Positions 4,680 to 5,959 of a DNA stretch of 5,959 nucleotides are shown here, piece after piece. The translations under genes and the position numbers were made by a program. Under the pieces are notes generated by a model. It was not told the origin of the DNA. It worked only from the letters and a program-made list of their open reading frames with translations, and ran no database searches. Each line of letters begins with the position of its first letter. Position 1 is the stretch's first letter. Source of the stretch: a virus; the IMG/VR virus record IMGVR_UViG_3300007153_000040. The stretch is one strand, 5' to 3'.

Positions 4680-5657
4680 ATGTGTTTAGCAAGTGGACAA
4701 CTACCGGATGGAACAGAAATACCCTGTCGCGAATGCTGGCAATGCAGAAACGACAAGATCAACGATTGGGTAGGTAGATGTATTGCCGAAAATAAAACCT
4801 CCAAAGCTGCCCATTTCATTACTTTGACTTATGGCAAAGATGATGAAGAGAACTCTGAGCATATAAGATCACAACTACTGACTTATTCTGATGTTCAAAA
4901 ATATTTCAAACTTTTACGATCCAAAGGATATATATTTAGATACTTGGTCGCTGGCGAATATGGATCGTTAAAAGGCCGCTCACATTGGCATTTGATAATG
5001 TACTGGAAAAATGTAGTTCCACCCCACGAACTTACAGACCAGTTTAGAGTTAGGCGGTTCACTGATAGAAATTGGCCACACGGCCACCAAGTATGGAAGA
5101 AAGTTACACCTGAAACCGTTAGATATGTATGCAAATACATTAATAAGGATATTGGAAAAGATGAAAGACAAGCTCACTTTTCCATGAGTAAAAAACCACC
5201 GTTAGGATTTGATTACTTCAACGATCTGGCTGAGAAATACGCAATGCAAGGTTTGGCACCGCAAAACCTGATATATTCTTTCAACGAATACAAGAAGCAT
5301 GGCAAAAAGGTCGAATTTAGAATGACCGGAACTACAGCACAGAATTTTATTAAAAAATTTATTGAAGTTTGGCCGAACTATAATACAGGCCATGTCCCTT
5401 CATCGGAATTAATTGAAAAATATGAAGATGGTCTCATAGACTATGAAGGATTAGGTAGGGATCGATTTTATGATCCTGTCAAAACTCCTAACGGTTCCCC
5501 GCCACTAGCAGGAAAAGACCCAACTACTGACAGCATGGGTATTTTCTATAAGGATGATTTCGGTTACTATAATTGGTATCGAAACATTGAAGGTGAATAC
5601 CAGTGGCAAAGAGAAAGTCTAACGGAACGGTCGCAACGCGAAAAGAAAACAAACTGA
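4680..5657 (+). CDS. VP4: Rolling-circle replication initiation protein (HUH endonuclease; Microviridae VP4 / protein A family), 325 aa.
   Basis: Motif I is HFITLTY (FITLTY at 4815..4832). The HUH motif II is SHWHLIMYW (HWH at 4983..4991). The two-tyrosine motif III is YVCKYINK (5124..5147), compared with phiX174 A protein YVAKYVNK. The N-terminal PCRECWQCR cysteine cluster (4725..4745) is typical of microvirus Rep. I chose ATG 4680 because GGAGAAGGG lies at 4663..4671. The track's 4632 start is a GTG inside a hairpin with no RBS. Confidence 0.93.
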   Translation: MCLASGQLPDGTEIPCRECWQCRNDKINDWVGRCIAENKTSKAAHFITLTYGKDDEENSEHIRSQLLTYSDVQKYFKLLRSKGYIFRYLVAGEYGSLKGRSHWHLIMYWKNVVPPHELTDQFRVRRFTDRNWPHGHQVWKKVTPETVRYVCKYINKDIGKDERQAHFSMSKKPPLGFDYFNDLAEKYAMQGLAPQNLIYSFNEYKKHGKKVEFRMTGTTAQNFIKKFIEVWPNYNTGHVPSSELIEKYEDGLIDYEGLGRDRFYDPVKTPNGSPPLAGKDPTTDSMGIFYKDDFGYYNWYRNIEGEYQWQRESLTERSQREKKTN

Positions 5658-5959
5658 CCACAAGGGCAAGTTCAAGGATGGATCAAACAACTTTAGTTGC
5701 CCCTGATCCTCTGGAACATATGAACGCTTATAGAACGTTCAAACCAAGAATAAGAGAGGCACGAATTCGTGAGAATTCTGAGCCTACAGAAAGATTATCT
5801 AATCATAACGATAATCATCAAAAGCATATGGCGCTCAGAGCGGAAGCACATTCATTGCTTCCAAAAGACAGCGTTACACATAGGTCTCAACTAAAACTAG
5901 AGCATGACAATTCACCCCATAAGGTGCGCGATAGAGTTTGCAAAAAAAGACCGGAAAGC
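5379..5959. repeat. Terminal direct repeat, copy 2, matching 1..581.
   Basis: Same comparison as copy 1. The repeat runs to the window edge, as expected for assembly redundancy of a circular molecule. Confidence 0.95.
5603..5959 (+). CDS. Second, window-truncated copy of the 225..641 hypothetical basic protein. Duplicate created by the wrap-around.
   Basis: 5603 = 225 + 5378, and the ATG alternative is at 5678 = 300 + 5378. The sequence matches copy 1 and the ORF runs off the window end. Confidence 0.55.
   Translation, partial: MAKRKSNGTVATRKENKLTTRASSRMDQTTLVAPDPLEHMNAYRTFKPRIREARIRENSEPTERLSNHNDNHQKHMALRAEAHSLLPKDSVTHRSQLKLEHDNSPHKVRDRVCKKRPES

Noticed and set aside
1-5959. Search for tRNA, rRNA, CRISPR arrays, integrase/transposase genes and defence or anti-defence cassettes.
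   Set aside because: There are no spaced direct-repeat arrays and no cloverleaf-like or rRNA-like segments. No ORF carries integrase, transposase or toxin motifs that I can recognise. The coding capacity is fully accounted for by the microvirus genes listed.

Overview
The window holds one complete, circularly permuted genome of a small ssDNA phage of the family Microviridae. The unit length is 5,378 nt. Bases 1..581 are repeated at 5379..5959 (start, end and several internal stretches checked by eye), which is the wrap-around of a circular contig rather than a biological repeat. All convincing genes are on the + strand and tightly packed. In order they are: an HUH/rolling-circle replication initiator (4680..5657, 3' end duplicated at 1..279); a hydrophilic basic ORF overlapping the Rep 3' end (225..641); a 103-nt non-coding region with two strong hairpins (636..727); a 63-aa hydrophobic protein (745..936); a VP2/H-like DNA pilot protein with a GTG start (933..1850); a 26-aa, more than 50% Lys/Arg mini-ORF absent from the ORF track (1847..1927); the F/VP1 major capsid protein (1927..3567); a 176-aa orphan protein (3564..4094); and an M15 (VanY / M15_4-like) zinc peptidase that is probably an endolysin (4087..4608). 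A 71-nt non-coding region with a 27-nt palindrome and a 9-bp hairpin lies just upstream of Rep. The most interesting points are the hidden J-like mini-gene, the endolysin plus candidate holin (unusual for a family known for single-gene lysis), the paired hairpin clusters as candidate origins, two orphan proteins in positions analogous to phiX174 B and G, and a Rep-pilot-capsid gene order that differs from both phiX174 and classical gokushoviruses. No tRNA, rRNA, CRISPR array or transposable element was seen. All functional calls rest on motifs and architecture read by eye, since no database search was possible.
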